Source of the DNA: a virus
Lineage: Duplodnaviria > Caudoviricetes
Virus record (IMG/VR): IMGVR_UViG_3300034141_000032
Span: 1 to 63,364 of that record
Length of the DNA: 63,364 bases
Direction: 5' to 3' (one strand)
Numbering within the stretch: position 1 is the first letter of the stretch; each line of letters begins with the position of its first letter. Both the position numbers and the translations under genes were made by a program. Of this stretch, positions 39,108 through 49,400 are shown one piece after another. The notes under the pieces were generated by a model. It was not told the origin of the DNA, did no database searches, and worked only from the letters and a program-made list of their open reading frames with translations.

Positions 39108-41144
39108 ATGGGCAGCAAGACCGTACAACCACCAGCACCCGATCCCCGCATCGGCGAAGCTGCTGTCGCCAGCCAGGCGCTTGGTAAGGAATGGCTAGAT
39201 TTCAGCAAGGAGCAGTTCGAGGCCGGAGAGATCCGTCAGGATGCCTTCGACGATCTGACCGGGCGCGTGGCAGAAAGCGCACTGGCGACCGAGAAGCAGG
39301 CGAACGCATGGGCAGCCGAAGACCGGCAGACTCAGGCCGACTACCGCGAGAAGTACGACGGCTGGGCCGACGAGGACCGCACGCTGGGCCGCACGACCAA
39401 GGCCGAAGCGGACAAGTTGGGTGCCGAAGCGCTCGCCAATGGAAAGACCTACGAGCAGAAGATGGGCACGATTGCCGATCGCGCTGCTGCCAACGGCATC
39501 AATTACGGCAACCAGATGGACGGCCAGGCGGCCAAGTTCGGCGCCAACGGGGAAATGTACGAGCAGACCTTCGGCGACCTGTACCGCCGCGCCGGGGCCA
39601 ATGGCGCCGCTACGGGCGACAAGATCGAGGCCAAGGCGGCAAACTTCGGCGCCAACGGGGAAATGTACGAGCAGACCTTCGGCGGCATCGCGCAAAACGC
39701 GGCGCGCAACGGGGTCAAGTACGGCGACCAGTTGGACGGGACGGCCCAAAACTTCAAAGCCAGTGGTGAGATGTACGAGCAGCGCTTTGGCGAGCTTCAT
39801 CGCCGTGCCGCTGCCGATGGCGACAAATACGGGGCAAAATTCGACGCCGCATCCGATGCCATTGCGGCCGATGGCGCGAAATACGAGAAGCAATTCGGCG
39901 CCGTGGCCGATGCGCAGGGCCAGCTTGGCACGGAGGAGATCGACCGCTACCGCGAGCAGTTCCGTCCCGTCCAGGACAAGATCGTCAGCGAGGCGATGGG
40001 CTGGGATTCCGAAGCGCGCATGGATGGCGAAGCGGCCAAAGCCAGCGCCGACGTGATGAACAGCGCCGCGCGCGCCAAGGGAAGCAATCAGCGCTCGATG
40101 GCCGCCATGGGCATCAGCCCCAATTCCGGCCGCTTCGCAGCGGTCGACAAAGGTATCGACATGGAAACCGGGCTGGCAGCAGCCGGGGCGAAGAATTCGG
40201 CGCGCGACACGATCCGCCAGCAGGCAGTCGGCATGCGGGCGCAGGCGGCGCAGTTGGGCCAGCAGGTCTATGCCAATGGCGAAGGCGCGACCCAAATGGG
40301 CTTGTCCGCCCGTGGCGCTGCGCAAGGTGCCAAGAGCAGCGCGGAAGCGATGGCGATGCAGGCCACCGGAGCGGCGCAGGACGCACGCAACACCGGCAAC
40401 AGCCTTGCCGGGCAGCTTGCCGACACGGGCAGGCAGGCGCGGCAGTCGGGCGATCTTGCAGCCGTTAGCACGCTCAATGCAGCGCAGGGGGCGCGCAACA
40501 CCGCCGATGCGCTGACCGGGCAGATGGCCGAGGCCGGTCGCACGGCACGCCAGTCGGGCGATGCCATGGCGCTCGACGCTGTGACATCGGCAAATACCAT
40601 CCGGCAGCAGGGCGATGCGCAGGCGGGCCAGATGGCGGACGCAGGTCGAACCGCACGCTTGGCAGGAGATACGGCCGCAACAGGTGCCATCGGCGCCGCG
40701 CAGGGCGCACGCAGCTCTGGCGACAGCATGGCGATGCAGGGCGCCGCCGCAGGTCAGACCGCGCGCCAGGCCGGCGAGTCGATGGCGATGCAGGCAAAGA
40801 ACATGGGGCTGGCCGCCGCTGGCATCGGCAACACCACCGCTTCGCTGGGAACTGGACAGCAAGGCGCTGGCTATGCCGGGCTAGGTCTGGGGCTGCAAGC
40901 AGGTGGCGCAGCAACCGGTGCGGCAGGTGCTGGCCAGAGCAACTTCTTCCAGACAAACGGCATCATGGGCCAGGGCTTCAACGGCGCGATGCAGGGCACG
41001 GCCAACATGGGCAACATGCTGAACACGCAGTACGGCAACCAGTTGCAGGGCTGGTCGGCGGCACAGCAGGCCAGCGCCAGCAAGTCCAACGGCATCGGGT
41101 CGATGATCGGCACGATTGCCGGCGCCGGCGTCACCCTGTTCTGA
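39108..41144 (+). CDS. Internal virion (ejection) protein with 18-aa repeats
   Basis: MGSK..PPAPDPRIG start, MGISPNSGRF core, Gly/Ala-rich hydrophobic C-terminus. Confidence 0.75.
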   Translation: MGSKTVQPPAPDPRIGEAAVASQALGKEWLDFSKEQFEAGEIRQDAFDDLTGRVAESALATEKQANAWAAEDRQTQADYREKYDGWADEDRTLGRTTKAEADKLGAEALANGKTYEQKMGTIADRAAANGINYGNQMDGQAAKFGANGEMYEQTFGDLYRRAGANGAATGDKIEAKAANFGANGEMYEQTFGGIAQNAARNGVKYGDQLDGTAQNFKASGEMYEQRFGELHRRAAADGDKYGAKFDAASDAIAADGAKYEKQFGAVADAQGQLGTEEIDRYREQFRPVQDKIVSEAMGWDSEARMDGEAAKASADVMNSAARAKGSNQRSMAAMGISPNSGRFAAVDKGIDMETGLAAAGAKNSARDTIRQQAVGMRAQAAQLGQQVYANGEGATQMGLSARGAAQGAKSSAEAMAMQATGAAQDARNTGNSLAGQLADTGRQARQSGDLAAVSTLNAAQGARNTADALTGQMAEAGRTARQSGDAMALDAVTSANTIRQQGDAQAGQMADAGRTARLAGDTAATGAIGAAQGARSSGDSMAMQGAAAGQTARQAGESMAMQAKNMGLAAAGIGNTTASLGTGQQGAGYAGLGLGLQAGGAATGAAGAGQSNFFQTNGIMGQGFNGAMQGTANMGNMLNTQYGNQLQGWSAAQQASASKSNGIGSMIGTIAGAGVTLF

Positions 41145-41869
41145 TGATGGACGCTCTCAACCGCCATGATCGCATCGCCCTGCAGGTGTCCGGCGGGCGC
41201 GACTCGCTGGCATGCCTTCACCTGATGCGGCCGTATTGGGGGCGCCTGACCGTCTACTGGTGCAACACCGGCGCCGCATTCCCGGAGACCGTGGCGATCA
41301 TGGAGCAGGTGCGCGCCCTGGTGCCCCACTTCGTCGAGGTCAACGGCAACCAGCCTGACGTGATCGCATCCTTCGGACTGCCGTCCGACATCGTGCCGGC
41401 ATCGAACACGCCGATCGGTATCATGGGCGGCGACAGCGCCGGGCCCGTGATCCAGGACCGCTATTCGTGCTGCGCGCAGGTGTTCATGCTGCCGCTGCAC
41501 GCGCGCATGGTCGCAGACGGAATAACCCTGATCGTGCGCGGCCAGAAGAACGCCGACAAGCTGAAAGCGCCGATCCGCTCCGGCATGGTCGACCTTGGCA
41601 TCGAATACCTGTTTCCGATCGAGGATTGGTCGAACCGCCAGGTCATGGACTTCCTGGCTGCCGAGGGTGCACCGATCCCGCGCTTCTACGAAATGATGAG
41701 CGGGGCGCCGGACTGTATGACGTGCTCGGCCTATTGGGAAACGGGCACCGCAGCGTACTTGAAGCGTTACCACCACCCGCAATACCTGGAAGTGCAGCGC
41801 CGGCTGGACATAATCAACGCCGCTATCGGCCCGAGCATCGCAAACTTTAATCAAGAGGTGAACACATGA
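41144..41869 (+). CDS. Second PAPS-reductase-family protein
   Basis: LQVSGGRDSLACL, NTGAAFPET, SCC, RGQK..D, FPIEDWS, DCMTC. Confidence 0.85.
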   Translation: MMDALNRHDRIALQVSGGRDSLACLHLMRPYWGRLTVYWCNTGAAFPETVAIMEQVRALVPHFVEVNGNQPDVIASFGLPSDIVPASNTPIGIMGGDSAGPVIQDRYSCCAQVFMLPLHARMVADGITLIVRGQKNADKLKAPIRSGMVDLGIEYLFPIEDWSNRQVMDFLAAEGAPIPRFYEMMSGAPDCMTCSAYWETGTAAYLKRYHHPQYLEVQRRLDIINAAIGPSIANFNQEVNT

Positions 41870-43308
41870 ATTGGGGCGGCTTCGGTAGCGGTTTCTCGCA
41901 AGGCTTCAACAACGGGGCATCGATCGGTAAAACGATCGGCGATGCCATGAAACAGAAGAAGATGGACGACGTGCGTGCGCAGGGCGTGGCCGAAGCGCAG
42001 GCATCGCGCGCTTCCGACGTTGCCGGCAAGGTGCAGGAGGTCGGGCTGGGCCAGCCGGCCACGTCGGCAGGAGCCGCGCCAGCGGGACCAACCATGTCGA
42101 AGGCGCCGGACGCGCAGGTGCAGACCACGCCGATCGAGTCGCCGACCAGCCAGACCATTGCGCCACCGGCACCGGCCCAGCCGATTCCGCAACCAGCGGC
42201 CGAGCAGGCACCGCCAGCGGAAGCCAAGCCAACGGCGCCGGTCAAGCCCTTCCAGGTCGGCAAGAAAAGCTTCGACACGCGCGAGGAGGCGATGAAGCAC
42301 GCCGACACGCTGGTGCCACCGATGACCGACTACTTGACCAAGAAGATCCTACCCAAGCAGCAGCAGGCGCTGATCGAGGCCGGCGACTACGAAGGCGCCG
42401 AGAAGTTGGGCACCTACATGGAAAGCAAGAAGGGCAAGGACGCCACCGTCGCCTTCGGCAAGGCCATGACCAAGTTACTGTATTCGAATGACCTGGACGG
42501 CGGCGTGCAGGCGCTGGGCGAGTATTACAACAAGCATATCGACGACGGTGTCGACTTCGTCGGCGGCAAGCCGGACGGCAAGGGCAACCTGATCCTGACC
42601 ACGCGCGACAAGGAGACGGGCAAGGAAAGCCAGCGCTCGATGTCCAAGTCCGAACTGATCCAGATGGGCTTTGCTAATGATCCGGTCGCGGTGTTCAAGC
42701 ATCAGGCCGAGCTGGTGAAGGCCGAGCAGGCGCAGGCGGCCGAGATCGCCAAGGAAAACCGGGGCGTCACGCGCGAGATCGACAAGGAAAAACGCGGCGA
42801 AACCCGGGACATTGCCAAGGAGAAGCGCGCAGCCGAGACGGATGCGGCCAAGAGCGCGCGCGAGCAGGAAGAAGCGCTCGAGATGGTATCGATCAAGGCC
42901 GGGCTGGATGAGGCCGGCGCCACCGCGAAGACCCGGGCCGAAGTCACGAACAAGGCCAAGATGATGAAGGACGCCGGGTATTCCGAAGAATCGATCCGGT
43001 CCATGCTGCCCGAGATGCTGGGCATCGGCAGCCACAAGAAGACCACGGACCCGACCGAGCGCCGCGCCCTGGTTGTCGATGGCCTGATGAAGAACGACCC
43101 ACGCTTCGCCAGTGAAAAGGATCCGAAGGTGCAGGATGCCAAGGTCGACCGGATGATGTCGATCATCTACCGCGACGAGAAAGCACCTGCCGCCGCCGGC
43201 GGGCTACCCAAGCCAGCATCGCAAGCAACAGCCAAGCCGACGCCAGCCGGTAAGGGCAAGGGCGTGCCGGTCTGGGACACCAAGACCAACAGCATGATCT
43301 ACCGCTAA
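41866..43308 (+). CDS. Internal virion (ejection) protein
   Basis: Gly-rich amphipathic start MNWGGFGSGFSQGF, helical body; position before the giant gene. Confidence 0.7.
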   Translation: MNWGGFGSGFSQGFNNGASIGKTIGDAMKQKKMDDVRAQGVAEAQASRASDVAGKVQEVGLGQPATSAGAAPAGPTMSKAPDAQVQTTPIESPTSQTIAPPAPAQPIPQPAAEQAPPAEAKPTAPVKPFQVGKKSFDTREEAMKHADTLVPPMTDYLTKKILPKQQQALIEAGDYEGAEKLGTYMESKKGKDATVAFGKAMTKLLYSNDLDGGVQALGEYYNKHIDDGVDFVGGKPDGKGNLILTTRDKETGKESQRSMSKSELIQMGFANDPVAVFKHQAELVKAEQAQAAEIAKENRGVTREIDKEKRGETRDIAKEKRAAETDAAKSAREQEEALEMVSIKAGLDEAGATAKTRAEVTNKAKMMKDAGYSEESIRSMLPEMLGIGSHKKTTDPTERRALVVDGLMKNDPRFASEKDPKVQDAKVDRMMSIIYRDEKAPAAAGGLPKPASQATAKPTPAGKGKGVPVWDTKTNSMIYR

Positions 43309-43409
43309 GGCACCCGGGACGGCGCCGATTCACCATGGCGCTGTTTTCGTGGTTCTGATTTCAGACCGTTTGGGTTAGAATCAGACCACTTCCCCGAACC
43401 GAGGCGCCC

Positions 43410-46400
43410 GTGGCAACCACCCCAAAACTGTTCCAGTCCCCCTTCGACGTGATGACCAGCGAGGAGGAGGATAAAGGGTTGCTTCCGGGGCAACAGGCTA
43501 CCAAGCCGGTTGAAAGCCCCGAGATCAAGGCCAACACGGCGCCTTCCGAAGCGGCGCCGGCACCGGCACCGGAGCCCGTGCGCGCCAGTCGCCGCCCGGC
43601 CAAGACCGAGCGCTATCTGCCACCGTCCGACCTGCGCCCGATGTTCGACACGGCCGCGCAGAAGTACGACGTGCCCGTCAACGTCATCATGGCGCTGGCG
43701 CATCAGGAATCCCGCTACAACTCGAAAGCCATCGGACAAGAAACCGAGTGGGGTCGTGCCAAGGGAATGATGCAGAACCTGGACGCTACGGCGAAGGGTC
43801 TTGGCATCAATCCGTTCGATCCAGAGCAGGCCATCGACGCTGCTTCCAAGCAGATCCGCGAGCGTCTGGACAAGGGCTACAGCATGATCGATGCGGTGCG
43901 CGAGCACTTCGCCGGGCCCGACCGCAAGAAGTGGGGCAAGAAGACCGAAGCCTACGGCAATGAGGTCATGGAGAAGGTCGGCAAGATCGGGGCGATGCTG
44001 TTCGGCGCTGACGATCCTGATGGACAGGCGCGAGCGCCAGCCGCAGCAGCACCGGATCTGCAGCAGGAGCTCGACGCCGAGGAGCCGGGCCGCTACCGCG
44101 TGATGAGCGAAGACGATGTCGCCAAGTATGAGCAGTCCCAGGTTGTCCTGCCCGGCTTGGGTGCCCCGCCTGCCGCTTCCGGCATCAATCCCAAGGAGCG
44201 CACATGGGGCGAGGCGCTGGGCGACACCGGGGTGCAGTTGGCCGAGGGTGTCAATACCATCCTGGGCGCCGTACCGAGCCTGGTTGCGCCAGAAAGCAAG
44301 GCCGCCGCCTTCTTCGATGACAACGCGAAAGCGTGGCGCGACAAGCAATCAACCGACCTGAAGGCCCGCTCTGCCAAAGCAAGCGCCGCTATCGACAAGG
44401 CAGGCGAAGACGGCGTCATGGCGCAGATCAGCGAGGCCGCATCGCAATACTTCTCCGATCCCGGACTGGCTGCGCGCTTCGTGGTAACGAACCTGCCCAG
44501 CATGATCCCAGGTATCGGCGCGGCCAAACTGGCGCAGGCGGCGGCACTGGCGCGCGGCGCGGCGGCGGCCAAGGCTGCAGCAGTGGCGACGACGGCGGCC
44601 GGCGGTGTGAATGCGGTGCTCAATGGTGGCGGCGCGCGCGGAGAAGCGTTCAACGACATTAAGCGCACCCTGATTGCGCAAGGCAAGAGCGAGGCAGAGG
44701 CCGAGGAAGCGGCGATCAAGGATTCGCGCGTGGTCGCCGCAGTCGGCGCCGTTACAGGTTTCGTGAGCGGCAAGACCGGCCTGGAAGGGGCGCTCGCCGG
44801 CAGCGCCGCGCGCAACGTGGGCAAAGCCGCCGCAGTACGGGCGGGCGCGGCGGGCGCCCTGACCGAGCTGGCCGGCGAGCAGTTGGAAGAAGTCGCCCCG
44901 AAACTGACCGCCAATTACCAGGCATCTGAATACGACGGGCGTAGCCTTGGCAAGGACGTTGGCCGCACCGTCGTAGAAACTGGCATTGCCAGTGGCCCAG
45001 GCGCTGCCATTGCCGGTGGCGCTGCCGGCATCAACGCCGCTGCACGCCTGACGCCAGAGCAGGAAGTCGCTGCTGAGATCAATCGACAGGTCGATGAGGT
45101 CAACTTCGTCGGTCAGGACGCGGCCGTGCGCGCCGCGATGGACCCGAACAACGAATCGGTCGATCCGGCCAGCACGCGCAAGCCGGCGCCCGAGGCACCA
45201 CCGTCCGCACCAGCGCCAGCCCCATCGCAGGCAGCCGGGCCACTGTCGCGCGCCGCCGAGAACACCGCAGCGCAGGCCGATCAGCCCACCCGCGTCACCA
45301 TCACCACGCCCGACGGCGAAGTGGCTGGCGCCGGCGCGCTGCAGGCATTCCAGGAGAACGAAGTGGGCGGCTTCAATGCCCAGATCGTGGGCGACGACGG
45401 CCAAGTCTACAATCTGAGCGACCAGGATGGCGTGCAGATCACGCCCGAGGCAAAGGCCGATGCCGGCCCGCTGTCCCGCTCTGTCACCGTCGCCGCCGAC
45501 CAGCATGCCGCCGCGCCGGCCATGCCGAACCAGAATGCGCTTGCCGAAATCGAGGCGACGAAGCCTAAGCCACCACCAGCACCGCCAGGCCCGCCGAACT
45601 ACAGCGACATGGACCTGCCGGCGCTGCGCGAGCGCCTGAAATACATCGCCCAACAGGCCAAAGCATCGGGCGGCATGAACAAGATGTTCCTGGACCACCG
45701 CAAGGCGGTCGAAAAGGCCATCAACGCCAAGGTATCGGAGGCCAAGGAGGCATCGAAGCTGTCCGAGGAGCCGCTGACCAGCGGGCCGTTCGATGACCGC
45801 GCCGCCGCGAACAAGATGGCGCTGCGCACCGCTGAAAAGACCGGCGTGCCGCAGGAAGTCGTCGAGGCCAAAGGCAAGTTCAACCTCAAACCAATGCAGG
45901 AGGCCGGCGATGCAGTACCACCAACTGCCGAAGGGCGCGATTTACCAGCCCCTGCAATGCCGAATGATCAACAGCCAGTCGCCGCTATCCCCGCTGATGA
46001 ACCCGGTGCTGGGAGCGCTGTACCTGTTCTGGATGCCGGTGCCAAACCGAACGCACTGAAGAAGCCACGCAAGCAGAAGGACAAAACCAATGACGGGACG
46101 GCTACCCCTGTTTCTGGAATGGGAAATGAGCGCTCGGACGGCGCTGCGCCGGCTGCGCAAGATGGGCAGGATCAGCAAGGAGGACGCGCAGGCGATCGAG
46201 ATCCTGTCGCTGGCGCGCAAGCCGATACCGGATCGGCTGATCCCGCTGCTGGACCTGGTGTTCCTGATGCAGGTGCGACCAATGACGGAAAGCCTGCACT
46301 AAAGGTCAAGGACGCGCACGCCGGGAAGTGGTTCAGCACCGAGGAAAAGGCGCGCGCCTACCTCACCAAGAGCAAGGCCGGCACCACGCATCGGGTCGAG

Positions 46401-49400
46401 CAGACCGGGCGCGTGCGCTTTGAGGTCAAGCCAAAGGACGGCAAGACCGGCGCCGACAAGATGGCCGAAGCCAAGGTCCGCATCGAGCGCCAGGAGTCCG
46501 AAGTCGCCAAGGCGCAGGCCAACATCGATGCGCGCAAAGCAGCTAAAGCGGCACCGGCTTCCGAGATTGACGCCGCAGCCAACGAGGCGGCCACCAGCCC
46601 GACCAACGACCTGCCCGAGCCGACCCAGGCGCAGGCCGAGGCTGGCAACTACAAGAAGGGCAAAATCAGCGTGCATGGGCTCGACATCAGTGTCGAGAAC
46701 CCGCGCGGTAGCACGCGCAGTGGCACCGACCCGGATGGCAAGGCGTGGTCGCACACGATGTCCGACCACTACGGCTATATCAAACGCACCACCGGGGCCG
46801 ACAACGAGCAGGTTGACGTCTATGTCGGGCCCAAGCCGGAATCGGACAAGGTTTATGTGGTCGACCAGATCGATCAGCCGACTGGCAAGTTCGATGAACA
46901 CAAAATTATGATGGGCTACGCCAGCCGGCAGGCCGCCGTCTCGGCCTACAAGTCGAACTTCGACAAGGGCTGGAAGGTAGGCCCGGTCAAAGGCATGAGT
47001 GTCGACGAGTTCAAGGCATGGCTCAAGGAAGGCGATACCACCAAGCCCGCTGCCGAGACCGCGCCGGCTAATGAAAAAGTGCCAGATGTGGCACCAATCG
47101 AACAACAGGCATCTGCTGGGGGCGACCCGGTGGCCACGGCTGGGGGTTCCCGGCCGGCGCCTGTTGCCAAGCCTAAAAAGTTGACCGGCAAGGCCTCTGC
47201 CGCCGAACGCGCGCGCCAGCTCGCTGACTACTTCGCGCCCGGCAATATCGTGAAGGGCTACGGCGGGCACGACCGCATCATCTCGTTCGCCCAGGACGAT
47301 CAGGGCGGCATCACCGTCGAGGCGCAGCACGTCATCAAGAAGGATGGAGAGTGGATTGTCGCACCCGGCACCGATGGCCGCGTGCGCAAGCACGCCACCA
47401 TGCCGGGTCCAGGCGAGTTCAAGGCTGGGCCGGTGATGCGCGCGCAGAAGGAAGCGCCAGCCGAGCAGGTGGCCGCGCCGATCGCCGACTTCGGCCAGAA
47501 GCTGGAAGGCGCACGCAAAGACCTGTGGGCTGGATTCAAGATCTCGATGCGCGAGGCGCTGCCGGAGAACGTGAAGGACATCACGCTGGCCAAACACTTT
47601 CCAGAGCCGAACTACGAGGCGCTGCTGGCCGAGGGCGTCGACGTCAAGATCCTGGCTGCAATGAAGGCCATGCGTGACGAGATCCCGGCCAAGCCGCGTG
47701 TGCCGTACAAAGCCAAGCGCTGGGGCGAGCAGGTATCGGCGCTGCGCGACTTCGCCAACGACCTGCTGGACGGGAAACTGACGGCCGACGCCCTGCTGGC
47801 CAAGATGCGCCAGTTCAACCAGGGATCGCTGCGCAAGTTCGCCGACCGCATCGAGATGTATGCCGATCTGGGCTACCCGCTGTTCACCAAGGCCAAGGGC
47901 TACAGCATCGAGAAGAACCACTACAACATGTTCAGGGGCGAGACGCCGCCTGGCGGCATCACCAAGTTCGAACTGAGTGCCGACGGCCGCAGCAGCTATT
48001 TCGACAACCGCGATGACGCTGTGGCCGCCCTGCGCGAGAAGCTGGGCGCGGCTACCGCAACTGGTCCGAAGACCGTCAAACTGGACCTGTACCGCACGAC
48101 CGGCAGCCGCGACATCATCATCGGAAAGAAGGTCGGGGCCGGCAAATATATCGACCTGAAGGGCGGCTTCACCGATGTGCGCAGCGCGCGCACCTACCTG
48201 GCCGAGAATCAGGTAGAACTTGAGAAGCTGCTGGAGCAGAAGAAGGACGTGCGCCCGGAGCGCCGCAGCGTCAACGACCCGCGTGTGGGCGTCGATAGAA
48301 GGAAGGGCGAGGACGTAACGCCTGAGAAGTTCGGCACCACGTTCGGATTCCGGGGTGTCCAGTTCGGCAATTACGTCGAGCAGAAGCGCCGCGCGGTTGA
48401 CCTGAACAACGCCTATGATGCGCTGCTGGACCTGGCCGACCTGCTGGGCCTGCCGCCGCAGGCGCTGTCCCTGAACGGCACGCTGGGCCTGGCCTTCGGC
48501 GCGCGCGGCGCCGGTGGCAAGAACGCGGCTGCTGCGCACTTCGAGCCGGACAACATCGTCATCAACCTAACAAAGACCAACGGCGCGGGCTCCCTGGCGC
48601 ACGAGTGGTTCCACGGCTTCGACAATTACTTCGAGCGCATGCGCGGCGCAAAGGGCGCTGGCCACGTCACCGACCGCCCAGAAGTGCGCAAGATCGCCGA
48701 CGCTGACCGAAAACTGGTCGATGACGACAGCGTGCGCCCGGAAGTGCTGGCCGCAGTAAAGGGCGTCATGGATGCAATCCGCGCCTCCGGCATGCCGAAA
48801 CGCTCGCGCGACCTGGATGCGCGTCGCTCGAAAGATTACTGGTCGACGACGCACGAGCTGGCCGCGCGAGCGTTCGAAAGCTACATCATCGACAAGGCCG
48901 CCGAGCAGGGGCTGGCCAACGATTACATGGCAAACATCGTCAGCGAGGAAGCACACAACGTCCTGGACGAGATGGCAGGCAGCGCCGAGCCATTCCCGTA
49001 CCCGACGCGCGCCGAGGCACCCGCAATCAACGCTGCCTTCGACAAGCTGTTCGAAGTCGTCGAGACGCGCGACGAGGGCGGCAGGCCGGTCATGTATTCG
49101 GTTTCTGGCGCAAGCGACCTGTCTGGCCCTGCCGAGCGCCGGCTCGTAAAGGCGCTGGAAGAAGCTGAATTCTGGCTCAAAGTGAACGGGAAAACCGCCG
49201 ACCTGAGCCAGTTTGAACCAAATGTAGCGGTGTCGATGCTCGATGAAATGATGGGCTTTGGCACTGAAAACTTCAGCGATAAAGCCAAGGAGCAGGGCCG
49301 CGCCATTTGGGATCGCGTCAGCGCCGCACAAAAGCAGATGTACCGTGTCGGGCGCATGGCAAACGGCATTGGCGCCGAGCTGCTGCCCGCACCTATTACT

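Noticed and set aside
39435-40814. CRISPR-like or other DNA-level repeat array
   Set aside because: The repeats are in-frame, degenerate 54-bp coding units without spacers; no cas genes
46999-47184. Third nested ORF in the giant gene (MKKCQMWHQ...)
   Set aside because: No RBS and a less protein-like sequence; only a mild codon anomaly
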